NCBI GenBank assembly: GCA_965237415.1
Contig: CBDEFM010000002.1
Location: 2,208,001 to 2,272,000 of the forward strand
Origin: Alphaproteobacteria bacterium
GTDB taxonomy: Bacteria > Pseudomonadota > Alphaproteobacteria > UBA828
DNA length: 64,000 nt
Direction: 5' to 3'
The notes beneath the pieces were generated by a model. It had not been told where the DNA came from, did not search any database, and saw only the letters and a list, made by a program, of their open reading frames with translations. The position numbers were made by a program, and so were the translations under genes. Positions 22,923 through 34,100 of the stretch are shown here, piece by piece (within the stretch, counting starts at the first letter, position 1; the number at the start of each line of letters is the position of its first letter).

Positions 22923-23837
22923 TTAGCCCGCTGGCGGGGCGTCGAGTGCCTGTGCCGGGAGATGCGCCCGATACCACGCGAGCGTCGCCGCCATGACCTC
23001 GCCGAAGGCGGGCTCAGCATAGACGTCGTAGTGCCCATAGCCCTTGAGCACGATGAGCTTCTTCGGCTCGCCGGCAAGGCTGTAGAGGGACCGCGACTCC
23101 TCGGGCGGTACCAGGCGGTCGTCCTCGGTTGTGATGAGGAGCAGGGGCCGAGGCGCAATCTTTCCCACCACCCAGTCGGCGTGGAACGAGAGCGTCTCGT
23201 CGATGAAGGAGGCAGGCACGGTGGAGACCGCATCGGGATTGTTGGCCCGCGCCGCGGCCGAAAGCGCGGCCGATGCCCGGTCCTGCAGCAGAATCTCGTC
23301 GCGCTCGGCGAACTGAGACTCGCCGCTCACGACGGCGGCCTCGCGATCCTCCCGCGCGCGGGCGAGCAGGTCGTGCCATTCGTCCGGCCGGCGCACGCTC
23401 CGCATCCAGCGGCGCCCATCGCCGACGCCGACCACGCTGACCACACAGCGCACCCGCGTATCGAGCGCGGCCGCCCAGATCGCCGTGGCGCCGCCGTAGC
23501 TGGTGCCGTAGAGGCCGAGGTGTGCCGGGTCGAGACCTGGCCGGGTCTCGAGGAAGGTGAGGGCGGCCTGCACGTCGGCGACACGGCTGAAAGGCGCGAG
23601 CCGGGCGCGCGGCCCCTCGCTCGCCCCCCAGCCCTTGTAGTCGAAGGTAAGCACCGCGTAGCCCGCCTCCGTCAGCACCCGCGCGTTGTCGGGCAGGTAG
23701 AGGCTCTTCACCCCGGTATAGCCGTGGCAGAGCACGATGCCGGCGCGGGCATCCTCCGGGCCGGCGTTGGCAGGTCTGTAGAGATCGCCGGCAAGCCGGA
23801 CGCCCTCGCTGTAGAAGCTCACACTCTCACACCGCAT
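22923..23837 (-). CDS. alpha/beta hydrolase
   Basis: LCHG, FDYKGWG, GTSYGG, D...H. Confidence 0.88.
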   Translation of the reverse strand: MRCESVSFYSEGVRLAGDLYRPANAGPEDARAGIVLCHGYTGVKSLYLPDNARVLTEAGYAVLTFDYKGWGASEGPRARLAPFSRVADVQAALTFLETRPGLDPAHLGLYGTSYGGATAIWAAALDTRVRCVVSVVGVGDGRRWMRSVRRPDEWHDLLARAREDREAAVVSGESQFAERDEILLQDRASAALSAAARANNPDAVSTVPASFIDETLSFHADWVVGKIAPRPLLLITTEDDRLVPPEESRSLYSLAGEPKKLIVLKGYGHYDVYAEPAFGEVMAATLAWYRAHLPAQALDAPPAG

Positions 23838-24042
23838 GGTGCCTGCCTGATCTCACGCCATAGCTTCGATGTCCATGAAAACCTGTGGGCACAGACGGTG
23901 CGCCTCCGCTTCCGCCCAGTCCCTCTGCGCCCTTGGGGGTGGCGATGGTGCTATGGTTATCGGCCACGGCCTCGGGCGCACGAACGCGGCGAACGGCATG
24001 CGGCGCCCACTCGTGGGCGAAGACGGCGAGGGGGAGAGCGAA

Positions 24043-26037
24043 ATGACGAAGCCGGAGCATTTCCCCAAGCTGTTCACGCCGGTGCGCCTCCGGGGGCACA
24101 CCCTCAAGTGCCGCATCGTGTTCGGCGCGCACACGGCGAACATGGCGGAGGGCGGGCTGCCGCTCGACCGGCACTTCGGCTATTACCGCGAGCGCGCGCG
24201 GGGTGGCGCCGCCATGATCGTCGTCGAACCGACGCCGCCGCACCCGACGGCGGTGCTCACGCGCGGCAACTTCATGGCCGACGACGCCGTCATTCCCCAC
24301 TTCCGCAAGATCACCGACGAATGCCACAGCCATGGCACCGTCATGTGTCATCAGATCTATCACGTCGGCGCTCACGGCGATCAGGACAACTCCTGGGCGC
24401 CCTACTGGTCCCCTTCCGGTCAGGTCAGCCACCACGACCCTTGGGGCAGTCACGCGATGAGTGAGGCCGAGATTCGCGAGCTCATCCAGGCATTTATCGA
24501 CCAAGCGGTGCGCGACCAGAAGGGCGGGTTCGACGGGGTCGACCTCTTCGCCGGCTATTCCTGCCTGATCGACCAGTTCTGGTCGCCGCTCACCAACCGG
24601 CGCGACGATGCCTGGGGCGGCAGCCTGGAGAACCGGCTCCGCTTCGTGACCGAGATCGCAGACGGCATTCGCAAGGCCTGCGGGCCGGACTTCATCGTCG
24701 GCATGACCGTCTCCGGCGCCGAGCCCTATCCCGGCGGCCTTACCATGGCCGACAAGCAGGAGATCTTCGCCTGGCTCGACGAGCGCGGCCTCGCGGACTA
24801 CTTCTCCTGCGGCACCGGCAGCTACATCAACCGCTTCACGGCGATCGTGCCGGGCTTCCATCACGCGACGCCACTGGGCACGCAGGATGCCGCCGCCATC
24901 AAGCAGGTCGTGACGCACGCGCTGGTCACGGCCGAAGCACGGGTCAAGACGCCCGAGCGCGCCGAGGCCGCCATCGCGAGCGGGCTCTGCGATCTCGTCT
25001 CCATCGTGCGCGGGCAGATCGCCGATCCGCACCTCGCCAACAAGGCGCGCGAGGGCCGGGCGGACGACATCCGGCCGTGTATATCCTGCAATCAGCTCTG
25101 TATCGGGCGGCGCATGCGGGACTACCACATCTCCTGCCTCGTCAATCCCTCCGTCGGCCGCGAACATGCCTGGGACGGCGACAGCGCCCCGCCGGCCGAG
25201 AAACCCCGCCATGTGCTGGTGGTGGGCGGCGGCCCTGCGGGGCTGGAGACGGCGCGTGTCGCGGCTGCGCGCGGGCATCGCGTGACGCTGGTGGAGAAGG
25301 CGGCAGACCTCGGCGGGCAGTTCCGCCTCGCCGCGGCACAGCCGGAGCGGGACGAGATCGGCGAGCTGCTGGGCTGGTACCGGAGCCAGCTTGAGAAGCT
25401 GCAGGTCCGGGTCGAGCTCGGGACGGAATTGGGCCCCGACGCCATTCGGGATTTCGGCGCCGACGCCGTCGTGCTCTCCACCGGGTCTCAGCCGACCCGC
25501 ACCGGGTTCCAGCGCGCCCTCCCCCACGTCGACGCGCTGCCCGGCGTCGAGCAGGAGAACGTCTGTTCCGTCAATGACGTTCTCGAGGGCGCCGCCCGGC
25601 CCGGCAAGCGGGTCCTTCTGCTCGACGACCTCAACGGCTGGTGGCCCGCCTCCGGTACCGCGCTGCACCTCGCCGAACAAGGCCACGACGTGACCGTCGT
25701 CACCGCGTCCGACAAGCCTGCCGAGGCGCTCGATGTCTCCCACCTCGGCCCGAGCACGCGCGAGCGCTTCGCGAAGATGGGCGTCGAGGTGGTTTGCAGC
25801 CATGCGCTGACACGCTGGGCCGGGACCACGGCCACGATCGCGAACCTTTACACGGGCGACGTGCGGGAGCTGGCGTTCGACAGCCTGGTGCTGGCGACCA
25901 CCAACACGGTCGACGACGCGCTTGCCCGCGCACTCGACGCCGACGCTATCGAGGTCCACACCGTCGGCGACATGGTCGCGGCACGCACCGCGAGCATGGC
26001 CTTCTACGAAGGCAGGACCCTCGGCATGAAGCTGTAG
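24043..26037 (+). CDS. NADH:flavin oxidoreductase (OYE domain + 4Fe-4S + FAD; 2,4-dienoyl-CoA reductase/TMADH-like)
   Basis: NRRDDAWGGSLENR, CISCNQLC...C, GGGPAG. Confidence 0.92.
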   Translation: MTKPEHFPKLFTPVRLRGHTLKCRIVFGAHTANMAEGGLPLDRHFGYYRERARGGAAMIVVEPTPPHPTAVLTRGNFMADDAVIPHFRKITDECHSHGTVMCHQIYHVGAHGDQDNSWAPYWSPSGQVSHHDPWGSHAMSEAEIRELIQAFIDQAVRDQKGGFDGVDLFAGYSCLIDQFWSPLTNRRDDAWGGSLENRLRFVTEIADGIRKACGPDFIVGMTVSGAEPYPGGLTMADKQEIFAWLDERGLADYFSCGTGSYINRFTAIVPGFHHATPLGTQDAAAIKQVVTHALVTAEARVKTPERAEAAIASGLCDLVSIVRGQIADPHLANKAREGRADDIRPCISCNQLCIGRRMRDYHISCLVNPSVGREHAWDGDSAPPAEKPRHVLVVGGGPAGLETARVAAARGHRVTLVEKAADLGGQFRLAAAQPERDEIGELLGWYRSQLEKLQVRVELGTELGPDAIRDFGADAVVLSTGSQPTRTGFQRALPHVDALPGVEQENVCSVNDVLEGAARPGKRVLLLDDLNGWWPASGTALHLAEQGHDVTVVTASDKPAEALDVSHLGPSTRERFAKMGVEVVCSHALTRWAGTTATIANLYTGDVRELAFDSLVLATTNTVDDALARALDADAIEVHTVGDMVAARTASMAFYEGRTLGMKL

Positions 26038-26053
26038 AGCCGGGGGACAGCGT

Positions 26054-26986
26054 GTGACGGAGCCCACACCGCGTGGCGACGGCGCATACGCGCTCCTCTG
26101 GTCGGCAGTTCTGCTGGTGGTCTCGGCCCTCGGCTGGGGGATCCTCTATTCTCTCAACCGGCTGGCGACCACCGACGGCATTCCCTTCATCCCCTACGTG
26201 TTCTGGATGGGGACAGGTGCCGCGCTCATCCTGCTGGGTCTGGGCGCGGTGTTCCGCACGCTGCCCAAGCTCTCGTGGGAGCACATGCACGGCTACATCG
26301 CGCTCGGCACGATCTCATTCGGCATGACCTACACCGTGCTGGCCTTCGTCGCGCCCAAGGTTCCGGCGGGTGTGCTGGGCCTCGGCGCGACGCTCACGCC
26401 CATCCTCACGTATCCGGCCGCCGCGCTCTTTCGCATGGACCGCTTCCGCACGATCCGCACCGTCGGGCTGGTTCTCGGCGTCGGCGGCGTCGCGCTGGTG
26501 GTGGTCCCCGAAACCAGCCTTCCTACCCCGGACATGGCGCCCTGGGTGTTGCTGAGCTTCGTCGCGCCGGTGCTCTATGTCGCGAACGCGCTGATCATCT
26601 CGTGGCTCAAGCCGCCGGCCGCCGGCGCGCTACCGCTGGCCGGCGGCGTTCTGGCGACCGGGGCCCTATTCATGTTCGTCGTGATGGCGGCGACCGGCCA
26701 GTGGTGGTGGTTCGAGGGGCCGATGACCGACGGCGATTGGGCGCTGGCCGGCGCGGCGGGGGTCACGGCGCTCGTCTTCTACCTGATGGTCGAGATCATC
26801 CGCCTCGCGGGCCCCGTGTTCTTTACGACGGTCAACTTCATGATCCCGCTTACCGGCATCGGCTGGGGCGTGCTCTTCTTCGGCGAAAGCCACAGCTATT
26901 GGATCTGGCTTGCGCTGGTCCTGATGCTCGCGGGCCTCTTCTTGGTCAACCGGCCGCCCGCCCCTGCCAGCAAAGCATCCGATTAG
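26054..26986 (+). CDS. DMT/EamA family transporter
   Basis: About 10 hydrophobic segments, AGPVF motif. Confidence 0.85.
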   Translation: MTEPTPRGDGAYALLWSAVLLVVSALGWGILYSLNRLATTDGIPFIPYVFWMGTGAALILLGLGAVFRTLPKLSWEHMHGYIALGTISFGMTYTVLAFVAPKVPAGVLGLGATLTPILTYPAAALFRMDRFRTIRTVGLVLGVGGVALVVVPETSLPTPDMAPWVLLSFVAPVLYVANALIISWLKPPAAGALPLAGGVLATGALFMFVVMAATGQWWWFEGPMTDGDWALAGAAGVTALVFYLMVEIIRLAGPVFFTTVNFMIPLTGIGWGVLFFGESHSYWIWLALVLMLAGLFLVNRPPAPASKASD

Positions 26987-27076
26987 GCAGCGGCAACGTA
27001 GCGCCCGCACTTGGCGTCTTGACGCACCCGGCTCTGTCGGCGCAATTTGCGCGTGAGGCGCAGGAGGGAGCGGCCG

Positions 27077-27880
27077 ATGAAGCTTTCAGCCGAACAATGC
27101 GAGACCCTGGACCGCGAGGGCTATCTTTTCCTGCCGGAGCTCTTCTCGGCGGCGGAGGCCGCGGTGCTGCGCGCGGCGCTGCCCGCGGTTTTCGCCCGCA
27201 AGGGGCCGGAGATCGTGCGCGAGCGGAACGGCGCGGTGCGCACCGCCTTCGGGGTCCACACCTATAGCGACATCTACTGGCGGCTCTCCTGCCATCCGCG
27301 CCTGGTCGAGCCTGCGATGCAGGTCCTCGGCGGCCCCATCTACATCCACCAGTTCAAGGTGAACGCCAAGGCCGCCTTCGACGGCGACGTCTGGCAGTGG
27401 CATCAGGATTACGGCACGTGGTCGCGGGACGACTTGATGGCCGAGCCCCGGGCCATGAACCTCGCGGTCTTCCTCGATCCGGTGAACGAGTTCAACGGCC
27501 CGCTGATGTTCATTCCCCGCTCGCACCGTCGGGGCCGGATCGAGGCCGGCCACGACACCGACACCACGAGCTATCCGCTCTGGACCGTCGACAACGAAAC
27601 GATCGAGCGGCTGGTGGCGGAAGGGGGAATTGTCGCGCCCAAGGGCGAGCCCGGCGCTGCGTTGCTCTTCCACTGCAATCTGGTGCACGGTTCTGCGCCC
27701 AACATGTCGCCGTGGGGCCGGCTTGCGGTCTATTTCTCGGCCAATCGAGTAGACAACGCGATCCGCCGCTTCCAGCGGCCGGAGTACATCGCGCACCGGG
27801 ACTTCACCCCGATTGAGCCGCTCGCGGACGACTGCCTTCTGGCGGAACCTGAGCGCACAGCCGGCGTAGCCGCCCTCTAG
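27077..27880 (+). CDS. PhyH family dioxygenase (ectoine/proline hydroxylase-like)
   Basis: HQFKVNAKAAFDGDVWQWHQD, NGPLMFIPRSH, HGS..N. Confidence 0.88.
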   Translation: MKLSAEQCETLDREGYLFLPELFSAAEAAVLRAALPAVFARKGPEIVRERNGAVRTAFGVHTYSDIYWRLSCHPRLVEPAMQVLGGPIYIHQFKVNAKAAFDGDVWQWHQDYGTWSRDDLMAEPRAMNLAVFLDPVNEFNGPLMFIPRSHRRGRIEAGHDTDTTSYPLWTVDNETIERLVAEGGIVAPKGEPGAALLFHCNLVHGSAPNMSPWGRLAVYFSANRVDNAIRRFQRPEYIAHRDFTPIEPLADDCLLAEPERTAGVAAL

Positions 27881-27907
27881 CTTCTAGCCTTCCAGCCTTC
27901 ACGTTCC

Positions 27908-28825
27908 ATGCGGCGCCGCGGGCCGCTTTCTCTCCCGATCTTCCTGCTGTTCACGATCGGGGCGATCTATCCGCTCATCTTCACGATGAACAAGATCGCG
28001 GTCGAGGCGGGCACGCCGCCGGTCGCCTTCACCTTCTGGCAGACCCTCGGCGCGGCAGTCCTGTTGCTGATAGTCGCCGCCTGGCGGCGTGCCCTGCCCA
28101 GGCTGGAAGCCCGGCACCTCAAGGCCTATTTCGTGCTCGGGCTGTTCGGCATCGCCGCGCCCGTCGCGCTGATGACTTGGCTCGCGCCGAAGCTGCCGAC
28201 GGGCATCCTCTCGATGGTGGTGATTCTCTCGCCGCCGATCACCTATCTGATCGCGCTGACGCTTCGGCTGGAGCGGCTCCGCGCGCTCAGCCTGATCGGC
28301 GTGTTGTGCGGGGTGGGCGGCATCCTGCTCATGACGATCCCCGCAATTTCCCTGCCCGAGCCCAGCATGGTCGGCTGGTTCTTGCTCGCACTGTTGGCGC
28401 CCGCCTCCTTCGCGCTGACAAACAACCTCGCGGCCCTGATCGACCCGCCGGAGACGCCGGTGCTGACGTTTGCGAGCGGTATCGTGGCGGCGGCCGCGAT
28501 TCTGCTGGCGCCGGTGATGATCGGGCTCGGCGAGACCTATGTGGTGCCGGGGCCGGACACCGCCGCCGACCTTGCGATCCTCGGCGCCGCCGGCGTCACC
28601 ATCACCATGTACATCACCTTCCTCATCATCGTCCGCGCGGCCGGGCCGGTGTTCTTCTCGCAGTTCAACTATGTGGTGGTGGTGGCGGGCCTCGGCTGGG
28701 GCATTCTCTTCTTCAACGAGAGCCACAGCGCTTACGTTTGGGCCGCCGCCGTGCTGATGCTGGCGGGGGTCGCGCTGCTGATCCACGCGGCGCGGCGCCA
28801 GCCGACGCCGCCGGTGGAGCCGTGA
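27908..28825 (+). CDS. DMT/EamA family transporter (paralog of 26054-26986)
   Basis: Shared SLP.P.M..W and AGPVFF...ESHS motifs. Confidence 0.85.
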   Translation: MRRRGPLSLPIFLLFTIGAIYPLIFTMNKIAVEAGTPPVAFTFWQTLGAAVLLLIVAAWRRALPRLEARHLKAYFVLGLFGIAAPVALMTWLAPKLPTGILSMVVILSPPITYLIALTLRLERLRALSLIGVLCGVGGILLMTIPAISLPEPSMVGWFLLALLAPASFALTNNLAALIDPPETPVLTFASGIVAAAAILLAPVMIGLGETYVVPGPDTAADLAILGAAGVTITMYITFLIIVRAAGPVFFSQFNYVVVVAGLGWGILFFNESHSAYVWAAAVLMLAGVALLIHAARRQPTPPVEP

Positions 28826-29003
28826 CGGCGCTGACCGCCGTCTATCTCTCCGGCGGCAGGATCTCCTGAACGCACACCTGGTCGCGCACCTATAGTGCTA
28901 ACATACTGATACAGAGTTGCTTTTTTCCTCCTGTTCTAGCCGGTGGACGCGGAATCGGTCCGCGTTTTCTCCCCGGCTGCAACAGACTGCAGGAGGGAAT
29001 CCA

Positions 29004-30005
29004 ATGGCAACCGTTCGCCTCGACCAGCGCCGTGTCCACGCGCTCAAGGCGCGCAAATCCGCCTACGACCTCCGCGACCGCGATCTGAAGGGCTTCGGCG
29101 TCAGGGTCCTGCCCTCGGGCGCCAAGCGGTACTTCGTCCACAGCCAGCACCGCGGCCGGCGAGTCTGGAAGATCGTCGGTGAGGCCGGTTCCATCCGTGC
29201 AGACGAGGCCCGCGCCAGGTCCAAGACCATGCTGGCCGAAATTCGGGAAGGACACGACACGCAGGCTGCGGCGATGCCCGACACCGCGTTCGAGACGGTC
29301 GCCGACGAAGTTTTTCGGCGCTACGCCCGAAACTGGAAACCCTCGACGCTCAGGGTTAACCGGGGCTACTACCACAACCAAATCCTACCCTGGTTCAAGG
29401 GGCGCCCGATCGGCGACATCACCGCCCGCGACGTTCGCCGCTGGTTCGCGGCGCTCCACAATACCCCGGCAGCGGCGGACCGCTCGGCTCCCGTCCTCTC
29501 GGTCATCATGCGCCAAGCCGAGGTCTATGGCTACCGGCCGGAGGGAACCAATCCGTGCGCCGGTATCAAGCGCTATCGTCGCCGGGGGCGGGAGCGCTTC
29601 ATTTCGACGGCGGAAATCCGTCGACTGGGCGAGGTGCTTGCGCGTCATGAAGCCGAGTACCCACCGGCCGAGGCGATCATACGGCTGTTGCTGCTCACCG
29701 GATGCCGCACCGGCGAGATCGTCACTCTGAAATGGCGCTTCTACCGCGAGGGCAGACTGTTCCTGCCCGACAGCAAGACCGGACCGCGCACGGTCTGGCT
29801 CTCGTCTGCCGCACGCGAGGTTTTGAACGGCCTGCCCCGCAGGGCGGTCTGGGTCTTTCCCTCGCCGATAACGGACCGCTGTCTGAGTACGGTTTCGGTC
29901 ATTCGTGTCTGGCACTCCGTGAGGGCGGAAGCGGACTTGAGCGACGTCCGCCTTCACGATCTGCGACACAGTTGTGCATCATCGCCTCTTCGTCTTGCTG
30001 CATGA
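29004..30005 (+). pseudogene. tyrosine integrase (Arm-DNA-binding type), truncated just after HDLRH
   Basis: GFGVRVLPSGAK, TGCRTGEI, DSKTG, RLHDLRH then stop; lacks LGH and the catalytic Tyr. Confidence 0.85.
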
Positions 30006-30674
30006 ACGCGGATAACGTATTGTAATATCGCGATTTTCTAGTCTTCTTTGATTGCTCTCAAAATCCCCCCGTTTCGATCCGTGCATAAGACGTCACCGGA
30101 TTCATCTCAAGACTTGTCGCGATTCGCGCACCCTGAGCTACGAATTTCCTATTTTCGCGATTTCCCGGGTGAGCGTTCCGACAACCCGTGCTCGCCAGGA
30201 CGATCAGAGGTGGTGAACGGTCGAAATGCGCAGAGTTTCGTCGTCTTGGCGGACTGGACGAAGCGGCGGCCTGGCCGGTACCACGGCCCGCACGGCCCGA
30301 CGGAACGCTCACTTCCCCGGTGTTCGTTCGGTCATGGGGTGATGCAGTCGCCAGGCCAGCGGCGATTCCCGGTTCTGCCCGACCGCCGACTGCTGGGTTC
30401 TGTAATCTGCTCACCGCTATCACCCCAAACCCGTTGAACGAACCAATCCTCCCGCGCATCCCACGCCCGTCACCCGTCCGCAGAAGCAGATCCCCATCTC
30501 CCGACCGAGAGATTGCACCCTCAACCTTCCATCGATTCGAACCACGTCATCCAGTTACCACCAGTCCGACCGTTTAACCTTCGAGACGCCGCTCCGCTTG
30601 CCTGCGGCCGACCCCGCTACAATCCGGTGTAGACACCGTATTGATTCGGGGTCAGATGCACGGTAGACTGGAGC

Positions 30675-31121
30675 ATGCGATACACACAGAGCCAAGTACG
30701 TGACCTACTCGCCATCTCTGTAGATGCGTTCCGCGTTTGGCGCCAAGCAATTCCTGCTCTACGTCAGCACAAGGGGCACGCGCCCACGTTCACGCCCGGC
30801 GAACTTGTCGCCCTTGCAGCGCTTTCCGACCTCATTCATCACTTCGGCATCCGCGTCAATACTCTTAGTAGCCCGTTTAATGACATGTTCCTTGTTTGCC
30901 GAGGTATGTCCTGGCAATCCCTGAGTAACTCCGCATTCGCGGTAGACTCCAATGGCTTTCGCCTAGTACGTACAGACGACCTACACTACTTTACCCTGCG
31001 AGTGTCCACGATTTTTGTGCCGTGTGCGCCTATTGTAGACCGCCTTCAGACCGAACTCCTTTCAACTGACGCAAAGCACTCGCAAGGCCAGCTGCCGCTG
31101 CGGCCGAGTGCTGTTGCTTGA
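30675..31121 (+). CDS. MerR-like helix-turn-helix protein
   Basis: YTQSQVRDLLAISVDAFRVWR...FTPGELV; stop overlaps TTG of next gene. Confidence 0.6.
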   Translation: MRYTQSQVRDLLAISVDAFRVWRQAIPALRQHKGHAPTFTPGELVALAALSDLIHHFGIRVNTLSSPFNDMFLVCRGMSWQSLSNSAFAVDSNGFRLVRTDDLHYFTLRVSTIFVPCAPIVDRLQTELLSTDAKHSQGQLPLRPSAVA

Positions 31122-34100
31122 GTACGGCCACTATGCAGGCATTTGCCCAAGAAGCACTTAGAGCCACCGGCTATTTTTCCGAAGATGGTGTGCCAGCAGA
31201 AGGCCTAATGCTGCCCAACGCCGACTCAACATCAACCGGCGACGCAACGCGCCTCCGTCCTATTCTCACCACCGATAGGGGAGGACTAGGAGCTGATGCT
31301 GTCTTCCGAGTCGGCACATCTCCAGTGATTTTATTTAAGTCATCGGCCGCGGGTCCTGAAGAAGAAGAACAATGGCATCGCGTAGCTTGGAACATTGGAG
31401 TCGCGCCACTCCTTTGGGTTACCACACCCGAATACATTAAAATCTACAACGCTTATCAGCCCCCAGAGGAGTACGGAAAACAAGCCCCTCTTTTGAGGGA
31501 ATTTCCGTTCGGTGCGGATCTTGCACGAACCTATAGTGAAGTTGGTCGTATCTGCGGTCGCCGGCATGTAGCAATGGGCTCATTCTGGAGATCCGAGTTT
31601 GCAAGGTCCATTAACAGAGAATCAAGGGTCGATAACGTTTTATTACGCGAACTAGAAGCACTGTTGACGGCACTTATTTCCAAAGGTATTCCACCTTCTT
31701 TGGCACAAAAACTAGTCGGTCGTTGCATCTTTTTTCAGTATCTCATTCACCGGGGATATTTGTCTGAAGATGAGTTGATACGACAATTCGGCGCCCCCAA
31801 TCTTCATTCCCTGCTGCTCAATGTGGATAATGTCTATAGAGTGTTTAGGTGGATTCGACTGAAATTTAACGGAGATCTTTTCCCGATAGAAAATGAAGAT
31901 AGTGAGCGTGAACAATTAGGACACTCCAGCGATCGGCTTCAGCCACTTTCGGACTTCTTCGGCAATTTCAACATTTCGGACCGACAGGGGAGACTTTTTC
32001 CGTTCAGATTTGATGCAATTCCTGTAGAGCTTATCAGCTCAATATATGAAAAATTTGCCCATTTGGCCACCACAGACGGGATCTCCACTTCCGGCATTCA
32101 TTACACCCCAATAAATTTGGTTGATTTCATTCTGGATCCGTTATTTGAAAATGTCGACGCTAGTGCTCGTGTGCTTGATCCCGCTTGCGGCTCGGGTGTG
32201 TTCTTGGTCGAAAGTCTTCGTCGACTCGCATGGCTAAGATCTAGAAGTAAGACTCTCACACGAGAAGTAGTTAACGACATTCTTGTTAACCAAGTTCGCG
32301 GTGTTGATATCAGTCCTGCGGCACTCTCGATTGCCGCATTTAGTCTCTATCTCGCTGTGTTGGAGTTGGACCCGGCACCGCCTTCAGGAATTGACGCCCT
32401 CGAGTGCCTTCGATTTGAACCCTTGCAGAATCGCGTTTTGTTTGCAACGAGTGCGTTTAGCCAAGAACTTGAACAGGACCTTCTCGCTGACGGTCCAAAC
32501 CAAAAGTTCGATCTCATTGTTGGCAATCCGCCATGGACCTACGACCGGGATGAAAAGGCGGCTGATCGGGAACTAGTGAAGGAACGTAGGATCGACGACA
32601 CGTCAGTAGACCCGCAACACACTACCGTCCCTGCTGAGGAGAATCGTTCCGGCACCACTTATGCACGACTTCACGGCCTTGCGATTCCGGCACGCTCGCC
32701 AGATTGGGCGTTTCTTTGGAGATGCCGGGATTTCGCTCACAGTGAAACTAGAATCGCTTTAGTGATGAAGGCAACACCATTTTTTAGTCTGGCACCTAAC
32801 ACAGTATCTGCGCGCGAGGCACTGTTGCGCAGTTTTCCAAACGTCGCGATCATTAATCTATCTCAGCTGCGAACTTCTCGTTTGTTTCAGGAATATAGAG
32901 ACGAGAACGACGAAACACTTAAGAAGCGGCCACGAGCAGGACCGGCACTTTTGTTCTTCTCGAACTGTATTCCAACCAACTCTGATTGTATTTCAGTAAT
33001 GGAGCTGCCATGGTCTTCAACTTTCGCGCGTACTGGTGTTTTCCAGTTGCCGGCAGAACCACCAAAGGTGCTACAACTAAGTCGCCTGAGGGCCTTGCCC
33101 GGATTGCTAAAAGCGGCCGCGTTCGGTACAGAGCGGGACGTCTGGTTTCTGGAGCGCCTTTCTCGAAACGAAGATTTGTGTACGCTTGGCGCCTGGCTCG
33201 AAACGGTTCAGCTTCCCGCGGGCAACGGGTACCAGACCGGACAAACCATGGACGCGGATCACCTCGTTGGTTTACCTCAAGCGACAGCAAGGGACATACA
33301 TTTCGGTCGCTTACGCACACAACTACCACGATTCTCCGACGCTCAGGTGCATCGGTCTCGTAATGCTTCCCAATACAAGGGACCGCTTGTCCTTCTTCCG
33401 GAAGGCTCTCTCGCAAGATCCCCGTTGCGTGGACGGTACACAGCCGTGTTTGACCCGCGCGATATTGCCTACAATGAGTCCTTCTTTGGAATTTCATTCG
33501 TAGATCATGACTCAACATTTGCACGCGCCTTAGCGGCGGTGATGCACTCTCGGCTCGTAGGTTATCAGTTGGCATTGACGGCCGGCACTGTTGGGGTTAA
33601 GCAGACGAAGGTGGAAGTTGTTGACCTAACAAATATTAGAATTCCCCGAATCGATAATTGTAGCGACACTCTACTTCAATCCCTTGCAGACGCTTTTGAT
33701 GCACTTACCAAGTGCCCCAATTCAGACGTAGCGAGAATTGCAGGTTCCTCCATTGATCGTATTGTCGAGGATATGGCGGGGTTGAGTGATAATGACAGAA
33801 ATTTACTAGGTGACGCTGATAGACGCGCTGCTGCTGTGTTTTTCGAAACACGGTCAGCGCGCAAGAGGATGGTCGATATACCAAGACACGCGGAAATTCG
33901 ACCTTACGCTGAAAATGTATGTGCCATATTCAATGCCTTCGCATCAGAAGCTGACGACCATGTACTTGCGCCGCAATGCTACGCTCAACTCGCGCGCGAC
34001 GTGATAGTGGTCAAATTCGCACTGATTTCGCGAACGATTGTCACAACTGACCCAGATTTAAGGTCAGCTCAGTTGGAGAGCCTGGGAGACGGACTGAACG

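Noticed and set aside
30006-30035. dif-like site after the truncated integrase
   Set aside because: Left arm ends in ATAA but the right arm does not fit the TTAT geometry
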